From: the human T2T-CHM13v2.0 reference genome, Homo sapiens
DNA length: 64,000 nt
Assembly: GCF_009914755.1 (NCBI RefSeq)
Contig: NC_060930.1
Strand: one strand, 5' to 3'
How positions within the stretch are numbered: position 1 is the stretch's first letter; every line of letters begins with the position of its first letter. The notes beneath the pieces are model-generated. The model worked only from the letters and a program-made list of their open reading frames with translations, ran no database searches and had not been told where the DNA came from. This document shows positions 1 to 13,256 of this stretch, piece by piece. Position numbers and translations under genes: made by a program.

Positions 1-763
1 TTTATTTTTTGTTTCTCATGGTCCTGAGTCAATTTACTTACTAAAGAGTTCATTGAATTCAGGAATACTGTAAATGAAGTGCCAAAGTACTTAGGGGAAT
101 GAGCTATCCAGTGTACTCAAAGGATAATCCTGGAAAGTTCCCAGGAGCCGACGCCTTGGGGTTTCATTTATTTGTCTGCTTTTTCAGAAGCAGAAACACT
201 GTATGATGTAGTGGGGAAAACACAGGAGAAGAAGGAAGCATGGATTCTAGGCCTGGCTTAAACTATGTCTAATAAACATTTATTGAAACTTACCATGTGC
301 AATGCAATGCATTAAGCTCTGGATTATGCAGTGTGAGGATGTAGAGAATGAAAGACAGTGATGAATAATATATTCAAAATCCTGGCTCTGGCTTGCAAAC
401 TCCGGACACTGTGGACCACTTTCACTGACCTCATGTACCACTGTCAGTGTGCTCCAGCCTTACTAGCCACTTGCTCTTTCCTATACACATCCAACCTCTT
501 CCTATTTTAGGGCCGTGGATTGAAAGAATCCTTTCCCTTATTCTTTTAGGAGATCCAGGTCACTTGTCGAAACATCACCATTTTTGAAATCACTCTGCTT
601 AGCACATATTACTATCCAACATTTGTCTTGTTTATTTGAAGTATATATTTTGTTGGTCTTTCTGCTTTCCTTCTCTGGATTTATTTCCATGGGCATTGTT
701 TTAGACAGCACAAGATTTTGATTTAAACACTGTTTCATATTCCCTTTCCTTTGCATACTTCTG

Positions 764-2005
764 TTAGGTTGGTGCAAATGTAATTGAGGTTTTTGCATTG
801 TTAGAACTTGCCATTTGATATTGGAATACATTCTTAAATAAATGTGGTTATATCATACATCATTTTAATGGGCATTTCTGGCTTTATGTTTTTTTCTTTT
901 TTTGCTAATGACTTTTACTTGCTATTTATTTTAGACTATGGAAATGATGTTAGACAAAAAGCAAATCTGAGCGATTTTTTATTTGAGTTCAGTATTGGTC
1001 ATAAAGCAGCAGAGACAGCTTGCAACATCCACAACGCATTTCGTTCGGGCACTGCTAATGAACATACAGCGCAGTGGGGGTTCAAGAAGTTTTGCCAAGG
1101 AGAAGAAAGCTTTGAAGATGAGGAGTGTAGTAGCTGGCCATTGGAAGTTGACATCCACCAACTGAGAGCAATCATTGAAGCAGATCCTTTTACAACTACA
1201 TGGGAAGTTGCTGAAGAACTCAATGTTGGCCATTCTATGTCGTTCGGCATTTGAAGCAAATTGGAAAGGTGAAAAAGCTCAATAAGTGGGTGCCTCATGA
1301 GCTGAGTGAAAATAAAAAAATCATCGTTTTGAGGTATCATCTTCTCTTATTCTATGCAACAACAATGAACTATTTCTTGATCGGATTGTGACATGCGATA
1401 AAAAGTGGATTGTATATGACAACTGGAGAAAACCAGCTCAGTGATTGGACCAAAAAGAAACTCCAAAGCTTCTTGCACCAAAAGAAGATCATGGGCACTG
1501 TTTGGTGGCCTGCTGCCAGTCTGATCCACTACAGCTTTCGGAATCCCAGCAAAACCATCACATCTAAGAAGTATGCTCAGTAAATCAATTAGATGCACCG
1601 AAAACTGCAATGCCTGCAGCCGACATTGGTCAACAGAAAAGGCCAAATTCTCATGATAATGCCCAACCGCACATCAAACAACCAGTGCTTCAAAAGTTGA
1701 ATGAATTGGGCTACGAAGTTTTGCCTCATCCGACATATTCACCTGACCTCTTGCCAACCGACTACCTGTTCTTCAAACATCTCAACAACTTTATGCAGGG
1801 AAAACACTTCCACAACCAGCAGGATGCAGAAAATGCTTTCCACTACAGATTTTTATACTACCAGAATAAACAAACTTATTTATCATTGGCAAAAATGTGT
1901 TGATTATAATGGTTCTGATTTTGATTAATAAAGATGTATTTGAGCCTAGTTATAATGATTTAAAATTCATGGTCCAAAACCACAATTACTTTTGCACTAA
2001 CCTAA
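764..2005 (+). mobile_element. Hsmar1 mariner DNA transposon, near full length, disabled transposase (938-1928)
   Basis: ~30-bp TIRs ttaggttggtgcaaatgtaattgaggtttt / aaaaccacaattacttttgcactaacctaa; TA (left TG) flanks; fragments MEMMLDKK, WVPHEL, TCDKKW, HDNA, YSPDL, WQKCVD with frameshifts and stops. Confidence 0.96.
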
Positions 2006-2730
2006 TACCCCAGTAGTAAGAAAAGGACTATACTGCAAAAGGGTACTTTCTCCATTTGAAAAAGAGATTATGGACTCAGGGGTTAAAGGTTACAAAATAT
2101 TTTTTTCTCTAGATTCAATACATGAGATTTATTTATTTAGATCATCTACCACTGGAGGGTGGTTCAAAAATTGTATAATTTTATATTGGTTATCGTTGGA
2201 TGATCTGGTGCATCATACATGTAGTGGGGCATATCTTTGGAAATATGTTAGAAGCGTGTATCTGAACATACACACACATGTGCATGTGTATCCCTGGCTT
2301 CCTAGAAATGGTGGCTTCCTGGATCCAGATGGATCCCTCACATGGCTGTGCCTGTGCTTCCTGGCCCTGGTTGACTGGACCAGTGATACAGGCAGCTGAA
2401 ACAAGGAATGAAAGTAGTAGAGGTTCTTCTCAATATTACAGCCAATGAAGCAATCACAGTTTTCTGCTTTCCTTCTCTGACATTTTGGCTTTATTGATCT
2501 TGAAATTTTATTTCTCAGAGGACCCAGTAATGGTTTCATTGAGCTGGAAGTTGACTCTGCCGGCTGGGCTTCAAGGCTCCTTTTGAGTTAAACAATAGAC
2601 CAATAGACATGGGAGTGGACAGGGGTGTCGGGTTTTTGTACTGATTGGGTGATTGCTACTAATTGTCAAGTACACGGTTGCTGGGGCCAGGATAACTGTT
2701 TAGAATTCAAGGGCTTTTCTGGAGCACCTC

Positions 2731-3228
2731 TGTTGTGGCTTGAATAGTGCTCCCCACCCCCAATCCCGAAAAGATGTGGCTTTCTAGACCTGTGAATGTA
2801 ATATTATTTGGAAAAAGGGTTTTTTCTTTTTTGCACTTTTAATTAAAGTAAGGATCTTGAAATGAGATCATCCTGAATTATCAGGGTGAGCCCTAAATCT
2901 GATGACAGGTGTCTTTGAAGAAGACATGGATCAGAAGAGGAGAAATGCAGAGGAGTAGTCCATGAGAAGGTGGAGGCATAGATTAGGGTGATACATCTAC
3001 AAGTCAAGAATGTTAAAGATCCAAAGAATGCCAAAGGTCACCGGCAGCCAAAGAGTCTTGGAGAGAAGCATGGGACAGATTTTCCCTAAGAGCTTCAAAA
3101 AGGAATCAACTATGCCAATACCGTGATGTCTGATTTCTGGCCTCCAGAACCGTGAGAGGATAAAGTTTCATTGTTTGAAGCCACCAAGTTAGTGGTAACT
3201 TGTTATAGTAGCCACAGGAAACTGGAGA
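2731..3228 (+). mobile_element. MLT1-family (MaLR) solo LTR
   Basis: Typical MLT1 blocks: cctgtgaatgt..tatttggaaaaaggg, gagatcatcctg, ccagaaccgtgagaggataaa..aagccacc..gtggtaacttgttatag. Confidence 0.8.
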
Positions 3229-3527
3229 AACGTCTCTGTATTTTCATGTCTAGTACTAATGGTTAACAGGAAATAAAAGCAGCCCAATAAAAGCGGTTCT
3301 AGATGCTTCAGATATTAAGATTTGGGTTATCTCACTCTCAGGTGCTGGTTGAGGGCAATGGGGCAATGGGTCTGTATCCCATAAAAGGGAAACCATAAAT
3401 ACGAACCATGGTCTCATGGCCCCGTTACAGAAATGAGGATTATAGGAGCCATGTGTATTTTCTTCATTGTTTGTAATGTATATTTTTATATACATTAATT
3501 ATATTTTTTCCACTTTCACTCCCTCTT

Positions 3528-3670
3528 GTATTAGTTTTCCATGCAATGTAATGAATTACCACAAACTCAGAGACTTAAAAAACAATATACATATATGATC
3601 TCACACTTTCTGTGGATAGGAAGTCTAGGCATGCCTTAGCTGGGTCCTCTGCAAAGCTGCAATCTATGTG
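3528..3670 (-). mobile_element. MLT1-type LTR fragment, reverse
   Basis: tgtattagttttcc...aattaccacaaactcag..cttaaaa...tctcacactttctgtgg. Confidence 0.55.
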
Positions 3671-3679
3671 CTTTCATGT

Positions 3680-6235
3680 CCAGATCTTGGAAGTCCAAAA
3701 GTGTTTCCTCCTCTTCTATTTTCTTGGAAAAGATTGTGTAGAATCAGTGCTAATTCTTTACATGTTTATTAGAAATTTCCAATGAAACAATCTAAGCTCA
3801 GATATTTCTTTTTTGAGATTTTTAAATTATAAATTCAGTTTCTTTAATGGTACTGCTTTTATTGGGTTGCTTTTATTTTCCGTATTTTCCAGAATATCAA
3901 TTTTATCTTAGTTGCGTTTTAACAGTTAGTAGTATTTCAGAAATTTGCTCTCTTTTTTTTTGTAAATTGTCCAATTTTTTAATATAAAGTTTTTTTGCAG
4001 TATTCTCTATCTTTTTTTAAATTTCGACTTCTATTTTAGATACAGTAGGTGTATGTTCAGGTTTGTTAAATGGGAATATTCTGTGGTGCTGAAGTTTGGA
4101 GTACAGATACTGTCACCCAAAAAGCGAGCATAGTACCTGATAGTTTTGTAACGCCCCGCCCCCCATTCTCTAGTACTCCACAGCGTCTATTGTTCTTGTA
4201 TTTATGTCCATGTGTACTCTAGCTCCCATTTATGAGTGAGAGCATGTGGTATTTGGTCTTCTGTTCCTGCCTTAATTTGCTTAGAATTATGGCCTTCAGC
4301 TCCATTCATTTTGCTGCAAAGGACATAATTTCATCCTTTTTTTGTGGCTGCATGGTATTCCATCATGTGTATGTACCACATTATCTTTATCCAAGCTATC
4401 ATTGATGGGCCCCTGAGTTGAATCCATGTCTTTGCTATTGTGAATAGCATAAGGATGAACATACAAGTGCATGTGTCTTTTTGGCAGAATGATTTATGTT
4501 CTTTTGGGCATAATGGGGTTGCTGTAATGGGATTGCTGGCTCAACTATCTTTTTAATGTGTGCAGTATCTATAATGATGTTCTGTTTCAATCTTGATATT
4601 TATTTTTTTCTCTTAATTTTTGTCTGTCTTGTTAGAGATTTATCGATTTTATTAATATTTTGGAATTTTTTTATTGATATTCTCTAATGTTTTATTATTT
4701 TCATTGCCATTGATTTCTGCTCTTATCTTTATTATTTCCTTCCTTCTGTTTGCTTTTGTTTTCCTTCTTCTTTTTGTGTTTTCATGAGATAGGTTCTTAG
4801 GTAATTGATTTGAGAGCTTCCATCACTTCAAACGTAAGCATTTAATGCTATAAATTTCCTGCTCAGGACTACTTCAGGTGTCTCTCAGAAATTTTGATAC
4901 TTACAGTTCTTCCAGTTCTGTTCTAAAAAGTTTCCTTTGAAACTTTTTCCTTGACTCATGAAATACTTGGTAGAGTATAGCTTAATTACCATGTGTTTAG
5001 AGACTTTCTTACTGTCTTTCTGTTATTTAATTCTAGTTTGATATCTTTATGGCCAAAGACCATACTCTACAGAATTATTTTAAATGTGTTTTGTTGAGGT
5101 TTGTGTTATGGTCCATGACATAATTTATCTTGGTAAATGTTCCATAGGAACTGGAATAAAGTGTATTCTGCTGTTGTTGAGTATTCTATATTTCATCAAT
5201 TAGATCTGGTGATTGATTGTATTGTAGATTTCTATATCTTTGTTGATTTTCTGTCTAGTAATTCTACCAGTTGCAGAAAGTGGGTATTTGAAGTTTCCAA
5301 CCATAATTGTAGATTTCTCTAATTTCATCTCTATCAGTTTTTGATTCACGCATTTGGGGACTCTGTGTTTTGGTATGTATAGTTAGCACTATTATGTCTT
5401 CCTTGTGGATTGATCCTTTTATCATTAGTTAATCACCCTCTATGTCTGCAGTAATTTTATTTTTGCATGAGTCTACTTTAGCAGATATTACTATAGCTAC
5501 TCATGATTTTTTAAATTCACTGTTTGCATGGTATACATACACCATTTTCCTTCCCTTTACTCTCAACCTACCCATTTCATTGAATATGAACTGATATTCT
5601 TATACATATTATATAGGTGGGTCATGTTCTTTGTAGTTGGCTTTTATGCAGTCTGTCAAATTATATGTTTTATTGGCTTTTTAAAAAAAACTTTTAAAGT
5701 AATTATTGATAGTTTAGCAACTGTCATTTATTTGTTTTCTGTTTATTTTCTCTGGTTCTTATTCATCTGTTTCTCTTTCCTTACCTTCCTTTGGGTTATG
5801 TGAACATGTTTTAGGATTCCATCCTGATTCACTTATAGTGCATTTGAGCATATTTTTTCATATACTTTTCTCAGTGGTTTCTTTGATGATTATCCTGTAA
5901 CATGTGATGTGTTACAATCTAGTGGTATCAATATTTTACCATGTCGAGTGAAGTATAAAAATCTTACTTCTACTTAGATGTCTTTCCTTTCCCACTTTTA
6001 ACTATCATTTTATTGAGTTTCAGATGGTGTTGGATTTTTTTTGTTTCAATCATCAAAAACGACCTATGAGACAAATACATGTAAATAATGTTTTTGTAGG
6101 TACCCATAATTCTACTATCCATTGTTCTTTCTCCTTTCCTGATACTTGAAAATTCCTTCTTCTATCATTTACTTCCTGTTTGAAGACCTTCTTCAGCAAA
6201 TCTTCAAGGGAAGGTCTCCTGGCAACAAGGTAACA
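3680..6235 (-). mobile_element. Old L1 (L1M-type) antisense fragment, interrupted by a younger L1 3' end
   Basis: T-rich L1 ORF2 antisense blocks (tttctgctcttatctttattatttccttcctt, gcatttaatgctataaatttcc, gtgtattctgctgttgttg). Confidence 0.7.
4011..4544 (-). mobile_element. 5'-truncated L1PA/L1PB-type 3' end with target-site duplication
   Basis: L1 3'UTR antisense (tagctcccatttatgagtgagagcatgtggtatttgg, ggctgcatggtattccat); TSD ctatcttttt at 4007-4016 and 4545-4554. Confidence 0.8.
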
Positions 6236-7124
6236 TAAGCCAATAGCCTGCAAAGCTTAAACTATTTACGGGATGGCCCTCTTCAGATAGACATATGACT
6301 TCACTAGGTTTTAATTTCTTAACCTTAACAACAAGGGCATAGGATTAGATAATTTCTAATGTCCCTCTAATATTCTATAATTTCATGAGAAAAATATCAA
6401 TCCTCTAATTTCTTACGAGAAAATGAGATTCTTTTTCCTCAATGATCACATTTGATCACAGGCAATAAAAAACTTGACGTTGAAAAATAAGTCAAATTAA
6501 TGAATACATACTTTATCATTCCAAGAATATAACATGAAGGTGAAATCAATTTTGGTCTGCTGACTGTGCTTCAGGTAATTAGATTTATAGAACTAGAGTT
6601 CAGGTTCCCATTGTGAGCTGGCAACAGCCCACACTGCTTTACACCTGCCATGGAAGTCAGCAGGCATCATCACAATCTGGAAATGCGATGCTTCCACAGA
6701 TGCTATTCTGCACTTGTGACTAAAATCGTTCTGGCTGTCCCACGGCTCACAGAACAACTGCTCCCCTTTTGAGTTCTCAGTATTATTATTTCCAGAAGAA
6801 TTATCTCCTACTCATCATTTTGGGGAGTGCTTACTAGGTAAAATGTGTGAATTATTTTCTGAAACATGCTCTTCTGAATTTAGTCCAGGTACAAAGGAGC
6901 AGAAAGAGAAGCTGATCTTGTTTTTGTTGTTGTTTTGTTTTTATCTTAGGAGTCAAGATTCATCTACATGTATTTTTAAAACAGAAAAATATGTGAGGAA
7001 ACAAGGCAAATAGGAAAAAAGAACATGTATGGAAAACAGTTATGATGGCTATTTTAAGACAGCTAAAACTCATATTTCTTTTAAATGATTTAAAAAAGTT
7101 AAAACAGTAAAACCAGTTATTCCA

Positions 7125-7775
7125 TAATGGAGGTCACAGACTGGGAGCCTGAAGCTCTTACACAACCACAGCAAGTGTAGCCTTCAGACAGGGTTGGTTT
7201 GTTCTGCACAGAATTGGGCCAGAGGTTTGTTTTCATCTGTATTTCTAAACTTAATTGGTTACCAACATTCGGAAAAGTTTCTAAATTAATCTAAACATTT
7301 TGATTTCTACATTCTCTTGGGAAATGGGCCATGCTTGGGTCCATATTCCTGTGCAGCAAAGGCTGCAGGAAGGTAGTGCTGCTGCAGGTGTTGCATGTGC
7401 TTTCGAGTCCCAGTGGGGGCAGCCCTCCCCACATTGCTCCCTTTTGTCCCCATGTCAAACAGCAGGTACCATTTATTATCACTCACATTTTTTTGTGTTT
7501 CTTACAGTACAGCTGAATATGGCAGAATATCTAGTATCCATTTTTGAATCAACAGTGGGAAAATGCAAGATTAATCAATAGGAACATGTGTTTTAATAAA
7601 ACTAGGAGGCAGAATTTTCTTGTAGAGATGAAAAATATTCCTATTAGGAAACACACAAGCTAAGGACGTTCATTGTAATAATATGACCTGAGTGACCATT
7701 CTTAAATATACATGGCTCACTTCCCACACTCATGGTCCCTGCTGGCCTTGCAGGCATGAATTTCCAACTCTTTTC
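7125..7775 (+). mobile_element. Degenerate hAT-Charlie (MER102/Charlie4-like) element
   Basis: Both ends resemble MER102-type termini (gaggtcacagactgg... / ...ctgctggccttgcaggcatgaatttccaactc). Confidence 0.4.
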
Positions 7776-7916
7776 TCAACAAATAGTAGGTGGATGCCAT
7801 GACATTCATATTTTTCTCTACTTTCTCAGTTAGATTTTGTCTCCCCAACCATGCAGCATTGTCTAAATGCATGGACTTTGCCTATCTGTACGTTCTAATT
7901 TCTATTTAAGAAAAGA

Positions 7917-8252
<336 letters not shown>

Positions 8253-9253
8253 TCAATTTAGACATTCCTGTTCTTCATATTCTATATCTGAATAGACTGC
8301 ATAGATTATATCTAAGTACTGAGGGTTGGATTCTTATGGCCTAAGTGCTACATATTCCTGACGGAATCAAGACTAATATATCCTAAAAGACTAATCAAAT
8401 CTGCCCAGAGAACATGAGAAGGAAGGCATTTTATGACAGATAACATCTCATGATGATGGACTTGCCAATTGTATTAAATGATCGACAATACTTAACATCT
8501 AACACAGAAAATTGAGTGCTGATTTATTCCGATGTAGTTGATTAGTTTCAACATAGTCTTAACATTAAAGAAGGAGCTTTCAGATATTCCATAGTGACCT
8601 ACGTTTGCTTCAATGATTTAGAAACTCTCCATTGGTGTCTTTCCGGATTTGATAACAACAGGGTCTCTGTGTTGTTCGTTATCTTCCAGGTTAGCTAGCA
8701 TTTCAATTCACTTTGGAGGAAGCTGGAAGTTCAGAAGTGTCATATATATCTACCACATTTCCATTGATTTTTGGCCAATTTATATTCCAAAAAGCCACTT
8801 ATAGCTACTTAAAGTAGCCTTTCCTTTTAGTTTCAGAGAGATATAATAATACTCGAATACTCTGCAGACTGCTTGAACAGACTGGAGTTGTGAACAAATT
8901 CAGGTATCTCTTCTACTCCAAACCTCCCTAAGCTGTGAGGCTATGAAATAATATGTAAGTAGAAATGATTAAGGGAGGCACAGCCAGCTGCCTTCTAGCT
9001 TCACTCAGTGTTGAATGAAATGGCACATAGACTCTACACTAAGTAGGGGTGTTTACTAAAACACTGAAATAAGTCTAGGAAGGATGTGGAGTCTCTGCCT
9101 ATGGAAACATTTTATAAGGTAAATATTACATATTATACCCAGGGTATGTGATGGATTATTGATTTCTGGCTATTTTGTTATTAAAAAGAATGCTTGCCAA
9201 AGTGCACAGAAATTAAATATAAATGCTGAATTGTCACTCCCCTATGAAAGTTA

Positions 9254-9557
<304 letters not shown>

Positions 9558-9954
9558 AGGCAAATCTCAAAGGTGGTCTTCCAAAGCTAGTAGACTGCCC
9601 ACCTCATATTTTCAGTTGAGCTACAATCAGCCCCTGCTCTTCTGCATTTTAGTATTTACTGGTATCTATTAAGTTCAGATGCTAAGAACCTCTTGCCTTA
9701 CACCATTTTCTGGAAGGAGAGTAGATATGAGAAGGAGCAGCCTTTGGTGTCTGACTTCCAAGTTTACGACATGAATGCCTGGAACTCAAGAGATTCTTGT
9801 GGTAATATGAATACTGAATGAGCACATCAGCACATCAGTGTGGAGATAAACATGCAGCCTCTCCATGTCCAGGCAAAAAATATCTCCCCTTTTGTTTATC
9901 TTTCAATGTCAGAGATCATTTGGCTGCAACACAGCAACACCTTTATCTAAAGAC

Positions 9955-10380
9955 TGATGGTTAATACTGAGTGTCAACTTGATTGGATTGAAGGATACAA
10001 AGTATTAATCCTGGGTGTGTCTATGTGTTGCCAAAAGAGGTTAACATTTGAGTCAGTGGGCTGGGGAAGGCAGATCCACCCTTAATCTGGTGGGGACAAT
10101 CTAATCAGCTGCCAGCAAATATAAAGCAGGCAGAAAAACGTGAAAAGGCAAGACTGGCCTAATCTCCCTGCCTACATCTTTCGCCTGTGCTGGATGCTTC
10201 CTGCCCTTGAACATCTGACTCCAAGTTCTTCCATTTTGAAACTCAGACTGGCTCTCCTCCTCCTCAAGCTTGCAGACAGCCTATTGTGGGACCTTGTGAT
10301 CATGTAAGTTAACACTTAATAAACTCCTTTATATATTTATCCTATTAGTTCTGTCTCTCTAGAGAACCCTGACTAATACA
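9955..10380 (+). mobile_element. MLT2A (ERVL) solo LTR
   Basis: tgatggttaatactgagtgtcaacttgattggattgaagg ... cctattagttctgtctctctagagaaccctgactaataca. Confidence 0.9.
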
Positions 10381-11329
10381 GACTCCAAAGCCTAAGTATT
10401 AGAAAAGGCTAGGAGACAACTCTAAGAGAGATAACACTTATTTCCAAGAATGGTTTTAAAACTCAAAAATTCCCAGTTGCTGGTGTGTCTCTGGCCCACA
10501 CACTTCCAACATCTCCTTAGTGATAGTTATAGAAAGGGGGTCTGTAAAATTCAACGACATGACAGCCATTTAAGGAATAACTAAATTAGGAATAGGAAGC
10601 CCTAAACTATGAAAAGCATGTAGAGCTGTGCCAGTGGAAGAGGACCCCACCCCCAGCCAGCACCAGGACATCCGCCCAGAGGGACATGGCTGGGGGTGTC
10701 GGAGAACATAGTCATGCACAAGACTACTTAGGGAGCCCTTAAGGGTATAAGATATGAGCTTTTGAATATGAGTTTTGAGAGCAACAGGCAACCCCTCTTC
10801 CATTGTCTCCTGATCAAGTGGCTTCTGTGGTGCCCAAACAAAGCAAGCATGATATTTCAATTTCCTGTTACAAAGAAAGAGAACTCTTGTTCTTTGAATT
10901 ACAGAGGCTGCACAGACCTCTGAGCTTTGTGGACAGTTGTGCTCATGATAACTTTGCTGGTGTGTGGTGCAGTCATGAGCAGAAATGAAGTCAGTGTCAC
11001 ACAGTGAAACAGAATCTTCTATAGGATAACATAATAAACATTACTGGGTAAAAAAAATCTTGGGCGAGTTTGTGGATTTTTTTTTGTTAAATGCCTCCAT
11101 GTTTAAATGAAAATCAGCTTTCCTAAGAAAAGTTTGCTTTATCTGAATTTTTTAAAAAGTCACGCATTTTCTAATAAAGTACATAGCAAATGGGAGATTG
11201 AAGATGTCCATTATGATAATAATACTTTAAGAGAAAATTGATTAATGAGGAACAATAGAAATGAAATTCTAAATTTTTTTGTCTATCTTTGTGACATTTG
11301 GGAAACAATGTGTTTAGTGGTAAAGACAT

Positions 11330-11470
11330 AGCTGCTAAGTAAGAATGAATCTGTTGACAAATCATGTACCTTCTCATTAGCTTCCATTTCATCATCTGTA
11401 AAATAGGGATCATAAGTACCATTTGTCATGTTGGTTATAAGAAAAAAGTAAGATGTGTATTATATAAATG
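11330..11470 (+). mobile_element. MIR fragment
   Basis: cttccatttcatcatctgtaaaatagggatcataagtacc core. Confidence 0.5.
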
Positions 11471-11759
11471 GATAGTGACAAACACAAATGGAAAATGTGT
11501 ATTACATACATGGATAAATATAGAAACCAACAAACAAAAAATGATGTCAATCTCCTGGCCTTTTCCATCTCCACCTACTGGACATTTTGGCATTAAATTA
11601 AGAAAATAAAAATAAAAGAAACTAGAGGTTGGAAATCAGTTTTACTCTTTAAATAGAGTTTTTGTGGCCTACTTGTATCAACGAGTATAGGAATAAGCTA
11701 CTCATTTAGTGGTGAATGCATAAACATTAAGAGGAAAAAATGATGTGCAAACAATAACT

Positions 11760-13202
11760 GTTATAATTATAAAAACTTTATTTCATTCTTACTTTAATTA
11801 AATCTTTATAAGCACCATGTCATGAGCTGGCAATCTAGAAAGAGGACACTGGAATGCTTTAGTCAATTACAAACTGCAAGCTGATGATGTGAAGTTACAG
11901 CTACGTGGAGCATGTGAACAAGACCACATTTAGAAAGGTTCACTTAAGAATCCCATGACAATGCGCAAAACAGGAATCTGGCATTGATTTGTTCACACTT
12001 TTTATAGTCAGAACGCAAAGCTTGTGCATGTAAACATCAAGAGAAACATTTTATCACCCTGACAGTTTACAGTTTGCTCAAATTTGACCCTGAAAGCATA
12101 TATGTTGCCATCTTGTTTTCTTGACCAGTGCTGGGCCACAGGCTGAAAAACTCCATTCCTTTAAAATTTAAATGATGCTTAAAGGCTATGTTCAACATTG
12201 TGCAAGTTGTCAGCAAGGCCTTTTAATGTGTACATTTCTCATGTATGATCACCAAACCATTATTTACCTAATGAAATTGTGAAAAACTATACATATTCAG
12301 CAAAATGTTTTAATTTGGTCCTATATTAAAAGACCCAATTGCCAAGGGATTTTACACAAATTTAATTCACAAGCATGTACACAAGAGAATCACTATAAAG
12401 AACATTGCTTCCTGGTTTATGAATAAAAAGTTTATCTTCTACTTACACTAAAACATACAAAAAATAATCTACAAAAATCGTTTACAATTGATTTTAGCTA
12501 AAGAAAAAGCTTTCTTCAGGAAAAAAAAGATGATTGTGTGGTGGTAGTATTTTAGCCATCAAAAAAGGAATGTAAGTAACCAATAAATATAATGTGCTTT
12601 CTCCATATAGACATATTTACACTTGAGTCTTTGGCTTATGTTATTTTCTAAAAAGAACTTTAAATGATCCAGCCATCATTGCACATTAAAAGAAAATAAG
12701 CCAGTTATATATATTTATATATTTATATAGAGATCTGCTACACTGGAAACATATAAAAAACGAACTTTACTATGAATTTGCACAGCTTTTCTTTTCTTCT
12801 TCCTTTTAAGATTCATCAGCTTTCATTTTAGAAAGGGAGAAAAATGCCACGTAGAAAGTATGAACTCATGCAACATGTGGTAGCTGCTCTACTGAAACCA
12901 TGAGAAAAAAGGTGGCATGTTCACTGTACAAACACCAATACGTTCTCATTTCAATCTGGTTCTTATTAAATATAATTTATGTGGCATGAAATGTTGATGC
13001 TTTAATATAGTAATAAAAACTAATTCAGTCCTTTTTATTAAGATACACAACTTCATAAAAAAAATACTTTTACCTCTCAAATGTAAAAGTCTCCCACCCC
13101 CCACATTAAAATCTTTCTGCACAAGTGTAACAGGTACAACAGCTGCTGGCTCAATAGATGGACAGGTTTCTTCATGGATGCACTTTAAAGAGTCTCACCC
13201 AA
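11760..13202 (-). other. PTPRK: PTPRK 3'UTR (3' end approximate)
   Basis: Unique AU-rich sequence after the stop codon, ending just past an AATAAA with a GT/T-rich downstream element. Confidence 0.8.
11777..11782 (-). terminator. Polyadenylation signal AATAAA (distal)
   Basis: tttatt on the + strand; downstream on the - strand is cagttattgtttg...tttttt. Confidence 0.75.
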
Positions 13203-13256
13203 CTAAGATGATTCCAGGTACTCCAAAGCTACATCATAGCAGAAACGGTATTGCTC
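13203..13256 (-). CDS. PTPRK: Last coding exon: EQYRFCYDVALEYLESS*
   Basis: ttcAG|GAG CAA TAC ... TCA TCT TAG; recognisable PTPRK C-terminus. Confidence 0.96.
   Translation of the reverse strand, partial: EQYRFCYDVALEYLESS

Noticed and set aside
844-1928. ORFs 844..1254, 1610..1903 and 1701..1928 as a functional transposase or SETMAR-like gene
   Set aside because: They are frameshifted fragments of one dead Hsmar1 transposase with stops and deletions; there is no SET domain.
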